A stretch of DNA of 64,000 nt, taken from the NCBI RefSeq assembly GCF_004010195.1, contig NC_057749.1:24946979-25010978 (forward strand). The letters are read 5' to 3'. This stretch comes from Chiloscyllium plagiosum (lineage: Eukaryota). This document shows, piece by piece, positions 12,633 to 24,179 of this stretch. How positions within the stretch are numbered: position 1 is the first letter of the stretch; every line of letters begins with the position of its first letter. A model generated the notes under the pieces. It worked only from the letters and a program-made list of their open reading frames with translations, was not told where the DNA came from and did no database searches. Position numbers and translations under genes: made by a program.

Positions 12633-13099
12633 AGGGATACCAGCCCCTGTGGAGCTAATTCAGAGGCAGTTATTCAACCCCTTAAACCAGCTAAACACCA
12701 CCTCCTCAAGGCTATTTGGGGCAGGCAAGGAATTCAGGCTCAGAATTCATAATTGAATGAAAATAAATCTCTCCATGGATCATCCTTTGTCCATTTTGAA
12801 GACAGGATCTCTCTCAGTACAACCATGTCCACACGTCACAAAGGCTTGCTTGGCTATAAAATACAAAAAAAAAAGAAAAGAAAAAATAAATAGAAACAGG
12901 AATGTCAGGGGTTCTGTTCACTCTGAGAGCTGGCTCTGAGGGAGCTGGATCAGTGTCAAGTACTGTGCACGTGTAAATAAAGTTGAGTTGGTGATGTGAT
13001 ACAGGACATTGTGGAGTTACCTCAGTGGTGACGAGAGAAAAGTATGCTCCTGAAGAAATTTGCTCGGAACAGTCATCTTTCAGTTGAGCTAAGCATTTC

Positions 13100-13760
13100 T
13101 GGCATTGTGCTGTTATTTAGGAAGCTTTACTCGTTCGACCCTGCCATTCAAGACTGGGCCCAGTCTGTGGAAAGAATACATTATTTCTTCCAACCAAATG
13201 GCAATGCGACTCTTAAAAAGCAACGAGTAATTCTCCTGCCAGCTTCTGGACCTGCAGCTTTTTTGGTTATTAGGAGCCTAACTTACCCTGAGATACCAGA
13301 CACTAAAACCTTTCAAGGGTTGACGGATTTAGTTAAGGAATGTTACTATTCCAAACCTCCTCCAATTCTGAGACCCCTTCTGTTTTATTCAGCAATTCGA
13401 GAACCAGGGGAATCCGTGCTGGGATTTTTAACTAGGTTAAGATGACTAGCAGAGGCATGCAACTTTGGTTTAACCCTTAATGAGATGCCGAGAGACCGGT
13501 TGCTATGTGAGATTAATGATGTAACCGTGCAAAAGTGCTTACTAGCTGAAGCCCAACTGGACTTCAAACAGCCACTACAACTGGCTTTATCATTGGAAAA
13601 TGCAGCAAGGGGAGATTATAAGTTGCAGGGTATTCCTTCAGAAATGAACACCCTCACGAGTTTAGCTAAGCTTGGGGAACACCACTTGAGTGAAGGTAAT
13701 TGCACAGCCTCACTCAGAGGGACTCTAGATCAGCCCCACAGCAAAACCCCAAACCAAAGC
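13100..13760 (+). pseudogene. Gypsy gag remnant
   Basis: FDPAIQDWAQSVERIHYFF..IRSLTYP..REPGESVLGFLTRLR*..RDRLLCEIND..QKCLLAE; in-frame stops. Confidence 0.85.
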
Positions 13761-13989
13761 TGAATCTCGACCACATGGTTAACATTTTCTTTAGTATCCG
13801 GGCTGACAAGTCATTGGAGTTGCTGCCAGTGTGTGGTATTGAGACAGTAAAAGAGTCCCATTAGGGCTGAATTGAATAAGAGAACACACAGGCCAGTATC
13901 CAGGAAAAAGCACACCCTGGAAAGTCGGCGCATATCTGGTTTGGAACAATTACATTGCTCAGCAACATCCAAATCAGAACCAAATGCCT

Positions 13990-16460
13990 GGTTCAATGGC
14001 CACCTGGTTCTAATGGAGGTCAGTATTGGTGTGGCTGTTTCAGTGATCGCAGAACCAGTCTTCAACAAAGTTCACTCTGGACTCCAATCCTTAAGTTTGG
14101 TTAGACTGCGAACCTGTACCAGGGAACCTTTACAGATTAAGGATACAACTTCGGTTCTGGTTCCCACTGCTTGAAGTAAATGGCTCAAGGCCCAAGCTTG
14201 ATGAGGTGAAACTGGTTGAGAAAGATTCACCTTGATTGGCTCAATGGTTTTCATTTAGAAAATGGCTGCCTGGGTAAAATCCTAATTAAATATCCGGAAG
14301 CTCCTCAGGAAGGTCTAGGGACTATCAGAGGAGCCAAGGCCACATTTCATGCTGACCAGGAAGTAATTCTGCAAAGCCTGCACAGTGTCATTTGCCTTCA
14401 GGGCAAAATTAGAGGCAGAAATCAGGAGGTTGGAAAGTGAAAGGGGCAGCATGATGGCTCAGTGGTTAGCACTGCTGCCTCAAAGCGTCAGGGACCCAGG
14501 TTCGATTCTAGCCTCGGCGACTGTCTGTGTGGAGTTTGCACATTCTCCCCATGTCTGTGTGGGTTTCCTCTGCGTGCTCTGGTTTCCTCCCATGGTCCAA
14601 AGATGTGCTAAAATTGTCCACAGCGTTCAGGAACGTATAGGTTGGGTGCATTAGTCAGCAGTTAAATGTAGGGATATGGGTCTGGGTGAGTTAATCTTTG
14701 GAGGGTGGGTGTGAATTTGTGGGGCCAAAGGGCCAGTTTCCACACTGTAGGGATTCCATGAAAGAATTATCCAGTTTGTGGAATGGGCAACACTAGTCAC
14801 ATCAATTGTGAAGCCTGATGGGTTGGTTTGCCTTTGTGGGGATTTTAAACAAATGGTAAACTGCTTCTCACAGCTGGATAAATACCCAATCCCTCGCCTA
14901 GAGGATTGATACACAACGCTAGCAGGGGGATATCCTTTAAGAAGATGGACATACGTACTTGCAATTGCAGTTAGATGAGGATTCCCAGAAGTATGCTACA
15001 ATTAGTACCCATAAGGGTTTGTACCAATATATGAGACGGCCGTTTGGGGTATCATCAACCTGTGCATTTTTTCAGCAGATGACAGAAAACATTTTACAAG
15101 GTCTACCCCAGGTCGCCATTCACCTAGATGATGTGCTAATAATAGGGAAGACCAATAAGAGCACAGAGAGAACTTGGACATAGTCCTTACACATTTTTCC
15201 CAGGCAGGTGTATACCTCAAGAAGGGAAACATGTGTTCCAGACTCCTCAAGAGTTAACAAGACAGGGTTACATCCATTGTAAGATAAAGTGAGGGTGATA
15301 AAAGGTGCCCTGGCTCTCATGATTGTACCGGAGCTTATGTCTTTCCTTGGGCTGTGAATTATTGCGGAAATTTCATAGATAACCTGGTTTCCATCCTGAC
15401 ACCTTTGCATCAACTCTTATAAAGGGGTCTGCCTTGGAAATGGTCACATAGCCAAGCCATAACTTTGAGGGGAGTGAAGAAACAGCTATGAAACTCTTAA
15501 GGTGTTGGTACACTATGATCTCAGAGACATCTGGTATTGACATGCAATGCCTTCCCATAAGGCATCGGAGTAGCAATAGCTCATAGGTGGCCCAATGGAG
15601 AGGAACGCCCAATATGGATCCAGGACTTTGGCTAATGCACCTCAATAGAAAAGAAAGTTTGGTTATCATGTTCGGACTCAGTTCCACCAATACCTTTACA
15701 GACTCAATTTGTGATAATAATGGACCATAAGCCCCTGCTGGGTCTACTTAAAGAGGGCAAGGCAGTGTCGCCCTCAGGCTGAATTCAGCAGTGGGCTCGA
15801 ATACTAACCGCGTGCAATTACAAATTGGAACACTATCTGGGAGGCCAAGCAGTGAATGCTGATGCATTAAGCTGCTACTGGTGGCAGATACCACTGGTGG
15901 CACCACCACCTAGTGTGCCAACAAGAAAACAATGTCACCAACAGCTCCCCGACGTTTGTGGGAATGATCAGGAAAACTTTGGACTCAGTTGCACATCGAT
16001 TTATGCAGCCCCTTGGGGCTGAATGTTCCTAGTTGTTGTGGAACACCTACTCAAAGCAGCTGGATGTGCATCGAGTTCATTCATCAAACACGGGGATGAT
16101 AGTAGAGAAACTGTGTGTATCTTTTACAATACACGGATTCCTGGAAACGATGGTCACAGATAACGGGCCATTGTTTACCAGCAGGGAATTTAAGTACTTC
16201 TTAAAGTCAAATGGTATTCAACAATTTAAGGACAGCTCCGTGATGGACGCATCATCCAAAGGTCTGGCAGAAAGAGCAGTCCAACCTTTGAAGGCACGCT
16301 TAAAGAAAAAGCCTACAGTTTCACTTGAGACCAAACTGTCCCGGTTCCTATTTGATTATAGGACCTCATGCAACGACAGGGATATCTCCAGCAGAGTTGC
16401 TACTGGGGAGAAGACTCTGCACCAAGATAAATCAGATCTTCCTGGAGCAGGGCAGGGGGC
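13990..16460 (+). pseudogene. Gypsy pol remnant (protease, RT, RNase H, integrase), frameshifted
   Basis: MEVSIGVAVSVI (decayed DTG); THKGLYQYMRRPFGVSS..FQ..HLDDVLI; ADALS; TDNGPLFTSREF..GLAERAVQ. Confidence 0.9.
14443..14758 (+). mobile_element. HE1 SINE nested in Gypsy pol
   Basis: HE1 head, body and tail splitting the RT region. Confidence 0.85.
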
Positions 16461-16592
16461 ATGAAACAGCATCAGGAATGCCAACCCTGGACGTAAGACT
16501 GTTAAATGAGAGAGACTATTAACCCCAGGGGATGAAGTTTTATGTAGGAACTACGGGAATGGCCCTGCATGGGTAAGAGGCATGGTCAACAT

Positions 16593-16844
16593 AGTCACTG
16601 CAACCCCCAATAGCTCCACCCTCCTCTCCGACCTATCACCTCCATCCATCTATTGCACTCTCAGCTACCTTCTCCCCAGCCCCACCCTCCTCCCATTTAT
16701 CTTTCCACCCCCGAGGTACCCAGACTCATTCCTGATGAAGGGCTGTTGCCCGAAACGTCGATTTTCCTGCTCCTCGGATGCTGCCTGACCTGCTGTGCTT
16801 TTCCAGCACCACTCTAATCTCCAGCATCTGCAGTACCCACCTTC
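16593..16844 (+). mobile_element. Penelope-like 3' terminal fragment with hammerhead motif, nested in Gypsy
   Basis: CTGATGAAGGGCTGTTGCCCGAAACGTC at 16732-16759; 13-bp TSD GCAT(G/C)GTCAACAT at 16580-16592 and 16845-16857. Confidence 0.8.
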
Positions 16845-17323
16845 GCATCGTCAACATGAGGTCAGGTCCAGTGATGCATAAAGTCCGGGTCGATGTGACG
16901 GTCCTGAACAAGCACGTGGACCATATGAAAGCTGTCAATGTGCAAACGGGGTGGCAGCATTCTGACTGTTCTGGAACCTGTGGGCTCTCCCTCTCCATCA
17001 ACCGTTGAAAATACCTCGGAATCTGAGATGGACACAGTCGGTGGTGCTGCCTCGATGCCTTTGTCACCTGAAGAGGAGAATGAATTTCTTCCGAGACGCT
17101 CCGGGTGCAAGAGGAACGCGGGGGTGTTGTGGGAAGGTGACCTGATGTTGAAACACCCCAGGAGGAGCTACGAAAGAAAAAAAACCAGCCCATGTCCTCT
17201 GACTCAGAGGGGGAGGGATGAAATGATTGTAACAATGTCAGCCAGCTGGACCTCATAGAATATGAGTTCCCCGATTGGGGCTGTAATTCTCTTCCAAACA
17301 GGGAGCCCTGGCTGACAGATATA

Positions 17324-17482
17324 CAGAGGAACCTCGATTATCTGGAATACGAATAATCGAATTTCGGATTATCTGAACAAGATCGCTAGGTCCCGATATG
17401 TGGCTAGCTATGTTATCAGGCATTTGATTAACTAAACAAAATACTCCCTGCTCGTGCCCTTCAGATAATCGAGGTTCCTCTG
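17324..17482. mobile_element. 159-bp MITE, Tc1/mariner (Tigger/pogo-like) type
   Basis: Perfect 21-bp TIR CAGAGGAACCTCGATTATCTG; TA duplication at 17322-23 and 17483-84. Confidence 0.92.
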
Positions 17483-19559
17483 TAATCAGGAGTGTCAGAG
17501 GTTCCATTCACTCTGAAAGCTGCCTCTAAGAGAGCTGGGCCAGCGCCAAGGCCTCTGCGCATAAATAAAGGGTGACTTAGTGACAGGATACCTGCCTCTG
17601 CGGAGGTATTTCAAGGGATTACATGGCCTCCTTCCATCTACGTAATACAATGCAAAGTAAATACACTGCAAGATCTATGGGTAAACCACAAGAGCTTTCA
17701 AGGTCAGCTCCCTGGGGGAAGCCATGTTTGATGAGTGAAGAGAGCGATGGCTGTCGCAATCGGATTGACCTCAAAGGCTTTCAATTGGAAGAAGTGACAA
17801 TTTTGCGAAAGACAGAATGAGAGCTCAGGGCTTTGTCTTTGAAAGTTGGGAACGGGCAGTGAAATTAGTGCTTTCAGTTTGCCTGGTTTTGTTCTTGAAG
17901 TAGGAAGGCCAGTGATTCAGTGTGATGAGGTCATTGGCAGGCAACAAAGTGATTACATCGTTTCTTTGAAATTAACGTTCTACAGACATAGTCAACCAGT
18001 CTTGTTATTTATTTCTGAATCATTGCCAGGGATTAACCAAGACTAAGAGAAGGTCTCTGTTCAAACAGAGTTCCAGACAATTATCTAAAACTGAACGTGG
18101 CTGGGTCAATGGATTATTGAGTGGCCAAAGTTGTTGATTTCATACAGGATTGCACAGGATAAAAGATTGTATAGGATAAAAGATTGTACAGGGTAAAAAA
18201 ATTGTATTGGGTAAAGGTTGTATAGGGTAAAAGATACAGAGTGCTCTTGTGATGGAGTTGTAAGCTTAACCCAACTGAAAGTCTGGGTTCAAATCTCACC
18301 CTCCCCCCAAATGAGCTGTGACAAGCAGTTTGCTTTTCCTTTGGGAGGCACAGAATCAGGCCATTCGGCCCAGCCAGTGCATGCTGGCATTTATCTTTCT
18401 GTCCTTTCTTAATTCTTTCGCGGGATGTGGGCTTTTCTTATCCATAATGGCTGTTGGATTGAGTGGCCATTTCAGGGGGAGGTTAAAAGTCAACCACATT
18501 TCACTGTGGGTCTGGAGTCACACATAAGCCATGACGGCAGAATTCATTGTCCACTGAACCAGATGACTCTCACTGATAGTTTCACACTTACTGCCACTGA
18601 GAATACCTTTACATTCCATGGTGTTGTGTATTGAATTTAAACTGCACCAGCTTCCCCTGAAGGAAGCATAATGAGTGACATGGTCTTACAATCCCTACTG
18701 TGGGGAAGCAGGCCATTCAGCCCATCCAAACCTTGCCAAAAGCATCCCCCCCCCCCGCCCCCTCCATAACCCTGTATTCCCCATGGGAAACCCACTTAGT
18801 CTTCACATCCCTGGACACTTCAGCATGGCCGATCCACCCAACCTGCATGTCTTTGTGACTGTGGGAGGAAAGCAGAGCACACCCATGGAGAACATGCAAA
18901 CTCCACACAGACAGTTGTCCAAGACTGGAATCAAACCCAGGTCCCTGGTTGCTATGAGGCAGCAGTGCTAACCACCGAGCTACCGTGCCGTGACCCGGTG
19001 AAACTTCACGTTGGAATTATTGACAATGCTCCTCATCCAGGTCAGATCTCATCAGTTAATGGAATACTTGAGTCAAGCAGGCATAACAAGGAAGAAATTC
19101 CGGAGGAGAGGAGGAAATGCTAAGAAAAGAAGGCCATAGAAGCAAAAATACAAAAGAACTCAAAACGTTGAACTGAGCTAATTCACACATAAAGCAAATC
19201 ACGATGTCATGTTTCTATGAATCACTACATGACCACTATCAATGGTTTGGGATGAAGTCCAAACCAAACTGAAATTCCAAACTGATCCAAGACCAGCTCA
19301 TTTGGGAAAATCTAACTTCCCCCACATGGACGTTAGATTCTTGAAATGATAGATTCTTTTCTTGTTTCTTAAGCTTGTGTTTTTTAAAATTTCCTTCATC
19401 GCTGGCTCTCTGAAAACGTCGAGCTAACAAGAAGCTCCATCACTTTCAGCTGAGATCTGCGGCTCCAACCCCTGAGTTTATCTACTGCCTCAGCACAGCT
19501 CCCCCATTAATTTCCCCGGATGCAAATGAGGAGGTTATTCCTCCTCACCTCGAGGTGAG

Positions 19560-20440
19560 GCCTGGTGCAGCCAAGTCAAGGCCAAGCACAGACTGGAATC
19601 AAGGCCCAGCGCAGCTTGGAGTCAAGGCCCAGCGCAGCTGGAGTCAGGGCCAAGCCCAGGCTGAAGTCAAGGCCAAGCTCAGACTGGAATCAAGGCCCAG
19701 CGCAGCCTGGAGTCAAGGCCAAGCTCAGACTGGAATCAAGGCCCAGCACAGCCTGGCGTCAAAGCCCAGCGCAGCTGGAGTTAGGGCCAAGCCCAGGCTG
19801 AAGTCAAGGCCAAGCTCAGACTGGAATCAAGGCCCAGTGCAGCCTGGAGTCAAGGCCAAGCTCAGACTGGAATCAAGGCCCAGCGCAGCCTGGAGTCAAG
19901 GCCTAGCACAGCCGGAGTTAGGGCCAAGCCCAGGCTGAAGTCAAGGCCAAGCTCAGGCTGGAATCAAGGCCCAGCTCAGACTGGAATCAAGGCCAAGCTC
20001 AGCCTGGAGTCAAGGCCCAACTCAGGCTGGGATCAAGCCCAGTGCAGCCTGGAGTCAAGGCCCAGCTTAGGCTGGGATCAAGCCCAGTGCAGCCTGGAGT
20101 CAAGGCCCAGCACAGCCTGGAGTCAAGGCCCAGCGCAGCCAGAGTTAGGGCCAAGCTCAGGCTGAAGTCAAGGCCCAGCTCAGACTGGAATCAAGGCCCA
20201 GTGCAGCTTGGAGTCAAAGCCAAGCTCAGGCTGAAGTCAAGGCCAAGCTCAGACTGGAATCAAGGCCAAGCTCAGCCTGGAGTCAAGGCCCAACTCAGGC
20301 TGGGGTCAAGGCCCAGCTCAGCCGGAATCAAGACCCAGCTCAGGCTGGGGTCAAGGCCCAGCTCAGCCGGAGTCAATGCCCAGCTTAGGCTGGGATCAAG
20401 CCCTGTGCATCCTGGAGTCAAGGCCCAGCACAGCCTGGAG
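19560..20440. repeat. GC-rich minisatellite, ~23-bp unit (GGARTCAAGGCCMAGCKCAGVCT)
   Basis: Roughly 38 tandem variant units visible. Confidence 0.95.
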
Positions 20441-22894
20441 GCTAGGTGCCAGTGCGGCCTGGGTTGGAAGGATTGTTGTCTGAACTTTTTATTTCTTTGT
20501 TTTCCATATTTCCCCATGAGCTGTAACGTTGGACCTTTGTCCCCCAGTAAGAACTTGTACTGAAGAAGCTGGGTAATTTGGGGTGGTATGGTGGCTCAGT
20601 GGTTAGCACTGCAGCCTCACAGTGCTAGGGACCAGGGTTCAATTCCAGCCTTGGGCAACAGTTTGTTTGGGGTTTCAACATTCTCCCTCTGTCTCTCCTG
20701 GTTTCCTCCTGCAACCCAAACATGAGCAGGTTAAGGAAATGTGGGATGGGATACTGTTTAGAGGCCAGTGTGGGCTGAATGGCCTGCTCCCACACTGTAG
20801 GGGTTCTATATATAATCAGTAGCTTGCACCTGAGGGTATTGACTTTTCACTGTACTCAGTTGAGTACAGTGACAATAAAGTTAATTCAATTCAAACTGGT
20901 TAGAAGAGAAAAACGTCCCCCGAGGCAGCTTTATAAACATGCATTACCGCCACAAGACTTGGTAAGTGACTCTGATTGTGGGAGTTAAACCTTCAAAAGT
21001 TCATCCCTTCACCAAGCTTGGAACAGCCAATGAGCCAGCAATCTCGATGTCCTCAAAAACATCCCCGCTATTAATCAATAACTGCATTGTTTAGCCAGGA
21101 GGTTACCAAGTCCAAATGGCGGACATCATTAGATCTGGCTTGTCCCTTCCTTTGAGTCTGGATATAGAGGCCAGGCACATGGCGAGGAATAGTCGTAGGG
21201 AAGATTGTATCTTCATTCAGGGGCTACAAATTAATGCCCGTGGCATGCTGGGAAGTCCCCCAGCCTCTGAGGCCGGATGCTATGAGTTTAAGTGTCAGGG
21301 CAATGGCCAAGGAAGGTGTATTCACAACATAGCCAATTAGCTTGAGTCACAACTCACACAGACTTCTAGCAGGGTGCAAGACTGAGAGAGATTCCTGGTC
21401 AGCCATGTGATGAAAAGAGATTGGAGCCTCCAATGTCACTGCCTATAATTCCTGGGTACTGGCTCTGGTACTGGAGGTCATCATTTAAAAAGAAAGAGTT
21501 GTCTATTTAAGGCATCAATGAGGAAACATCTTTTTTTCCCTCAGAGGGTTGAGAGTCTTTGGAATTCCCGTCCTCAAAAGGTATTGAATGAGCTTAGCGT
21601 AGCAAACTTGAAGGGGCTTATGTCTGTATGCTACAACGTGGACGTTGGGAAGTGGGTAAGAGGCAGCTCAACGCCAACAGCCCAGGGTTTGGCATCTGCC
21701 TCCTTGCAGTCCCCATGGCAGAGACTGTGGTGCTTTGAGTCGGAGCTGTCTCCATGCAGAGAGCTGCAGAAGAAGGAAGGGTATGAACTGGTGGTCGTAG
21801 ATCATCAACGATGTTCCCAAAACATCAGAAGGTCAAGCAGGATGCCAAGTGACTGGCCAACTAAATGTTTCCCTTTTTTTTTGCCCCACTCAGGTCACAA
21901 ATCATCCCCTTTGCATCAAGCTTGGAACACCATAGAGCACTGTCTGAGTGTCTTTCCTATATCCTGACAGGGATTACACATTAAAGTACTTCTTCAGAAT
22001 GCCTTTGTTACATCCTGAGGCTGCAAAAGGCATGAATCAGTGAAGGCAAAGGCCTGGTCGACTAATTGCTGGACAGTTAGTCCAAGTAATGTTCTGGGGT
22101 CACTGGTTCAAAGCCTGCCACTGCAGATTGGTGGAGTTTGAGTTCAATGAAAATAAAAATCTGGAATGAGAGGTTAATGATAACTATGACTCCATTGTTG
22201 ATTATCAGGGAAAAGTCCCACCTGGGGGAATCCAATAGGTTTATTTAAAAATCTTGACAGGTTATAGTCCAACAGGTTTATTTAAAAGTCACAAGCTTTC
22301 AGAGCATCCCAAAAACTTGCAATTTTAAATGAACCTGTTGGACGACAACCTGGTGTCGTGTGACTTCTGATTTTGTCCACCCCAGTTCAAACACGGGCAA
22401 CTCCACATCCTGGTTCACTAGTGCCCTTTAGGGAAGGAAGCTGCCTTCATTACCTGGTCTGGCCTACACATGACTCCAGACCCACAACGACATGGTTAAT
22501 TCCTCACTGCCCTCTGGGATGGCCAATAAATGCTGGCCCAGCCAGTGACTCCCATATCCCATGACTGAATAAAAAACAAAATTGCAAGTCGCCCTTGTCC
22601 TTATTGTCAGAAACAGATTAAGCTTGGATTGGAATCATTGATGAATTGATTGCAAGAAGCCCATTTGTCCATATATAAAATACCTCATCCATTTCATATT
22701 TAGAGGGATATGGGTCAAGTGCTGGCAGCAAATGGGACTAGATTAAGTTAGGATATCTGGTCAGCATTGATGAGTTGGACTGAAGGGTCTGTTTCCGTGC
22801 TGTACATCATACTACAATATCATAGAATCCCTACAGTGTGGAAATAGGCCACTGGGCCCCACAGTCTGTTTCCATTCCATACATCTCTATGATT

Positions 22895-23192
22895 CAGTGG
22901 CTCAGTGGTTAGCACTGCAGCCTCATAGCACTATGGTCCCAGTTTCAATTCCAGCCTTGGGTGACTGTCTGTGTGGAGTTTGCACGTTCTCCCTGTGTCT
23001 GCATGGGTTTCCTCCGGTGTCCTCCCACAGTACAAAGATGTGCAGGTCAGGTGAATTGGCCATGCTAAATTGCCCGTAGTGTTAGCTGCATTAGTCAGAG
23101 GGAAATGGGTCTGGGTGGCTTACTCTTCGGAGAGTCGGTGTGGACTTGTTGGGCCGAAGGGCTTGTTTCCACACTTTAGAAAATCTAATCTA
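22895..23192 (+). mobile_element. HE1 SINE
   Basis: Near full-length HE1 with TCTAATCTAA tail. Confidence 0.88.
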
Positions 23193-23561
23193 AAACATTC
23201 CCTCATCAACAGCTCTGCAAACTATCTCGATTGTTTGCTAAAGGCATATTATTTTTACAAATCCTTTAGATAGAACTTAATCCCTTGTGTCAGCTTCCAG
23301 TTGGCAGAGCTGTTGTAAGGTAACAAAGCTGAGAGATTTGCCAGCACTGTTGGGCAGAGGGAGTAATAGCTACCTGAAATACCCATTGTAGCTCTTTATA
23401 GCACAAATTCAACTTCTGTCCAATATTGACGACCCACATGCACTCAAAGCTTCGAGGTTTATTTTAAATTCACTTCAAATTTGAGATAACTGAAACCCAG
23501 TTTGCATCAACATATGCAATAGTTCATTTTAAACGCCTGGATAATGCCTCTCTTCCATCAC

Positions 23562-23714
23562 GTTTTCTTTTCCCAATAGGAATTCTCAATCTTCGAGCAG
23601 GACCAGGGAATTAAATGGGAGATTCCTGCTGGGTTGTATTTAATACAGGCAGCCGGCATCAAGCACACAGCGACAATGGAGAAGATTGTGATTTGGAATG
23701 TTCTATTCTCCCAG
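23562..23714 (-). CDS. Candidate transmembrane-encoding exon (WENRTFQITIFSIVAVCLMPAACIKYNP...EKK)
   Basis: Good acceptor atgtgtattttctcag|; 153 nt, phase 2/2; 19-aa hydrophobic stretch; donor AC|gtgatg is weak. Confidence 0.3.
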
Positions 23715-24179
23715 CTGAGAAAATACACATGAACAAGATACGGTGCAAGGTGAAGGGGGCTCCTATTCCATTACATTGAATCGAATGCAGAGGAAGGACC
23801 CTTTGACCCTCACTGGTCCATGCTTCTTACAAGCCTCCCTCTCCCAAGTCCCACAGCACTCCACCCAAACACCAGTAGCATGTTCTTCTATTCTGTCCTC
23901 CCTCATGTACTCCTTGAACTTCCCCTTAGACATATCTTGGCTGTTTGTCCTTGCAGCAGTAAGTTGCAATCGCATTAGAAATGAACTGTGTAACAGAATG
24001 TGATGTCAAACTTAATGCATTTTCACTTGAGAGCGAAGTCTCCCAGGTTCTGTGCGCAAGTAAAACATGAATAAAAAAAAGCTTTGATGGTGTAAAGTTT
24101 TACTTAACCCCCCCCCCCCCCCCCTTCTCATGGAATCGCTACAGTGTGTAAATAGGCCATTCGGCCCAACAAGGATTCT

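Larger units (their letters stand above)
11579..12662 (+). mobile_element. Gypsy-family LTR copy interrupted by three retro-insertions
   Basis: Starts TG directly after purine tract GGAGGGAAGGGG; segments 11579-11695, 12273-12360 and 12633-12662 align with LTR 17219-17613. Confidence 0.8.
12897..17613 (+). mobile_element. Decayed Gypsy/Ty3 LTR retrotransposon (5' LTR truncated)
   Basis: LTR ends CA at 13024; PBS TGGTGACGAG at 13026-13035; order gag, PR, RT, RH, IN; PPT 17206-17218; 3' LTR TG...CA 17219-17613. Confidence 0.92.

Noticed and set aside
19555..20563. Repetitive ORFs of 78-173 aa, or a CRISPR-like array
   Set aside because: These are translations of a 23-bp minisatellite whose unit is not a multiple of 3. 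There are no unique spacers and no cas genes, and the context is eukaryotic.
21518..21967. 149-aa plus-strand ORF
   Set aside because: Starts in a CR1 remnant (FFPQRVESLWNS) and has no coherent protein features
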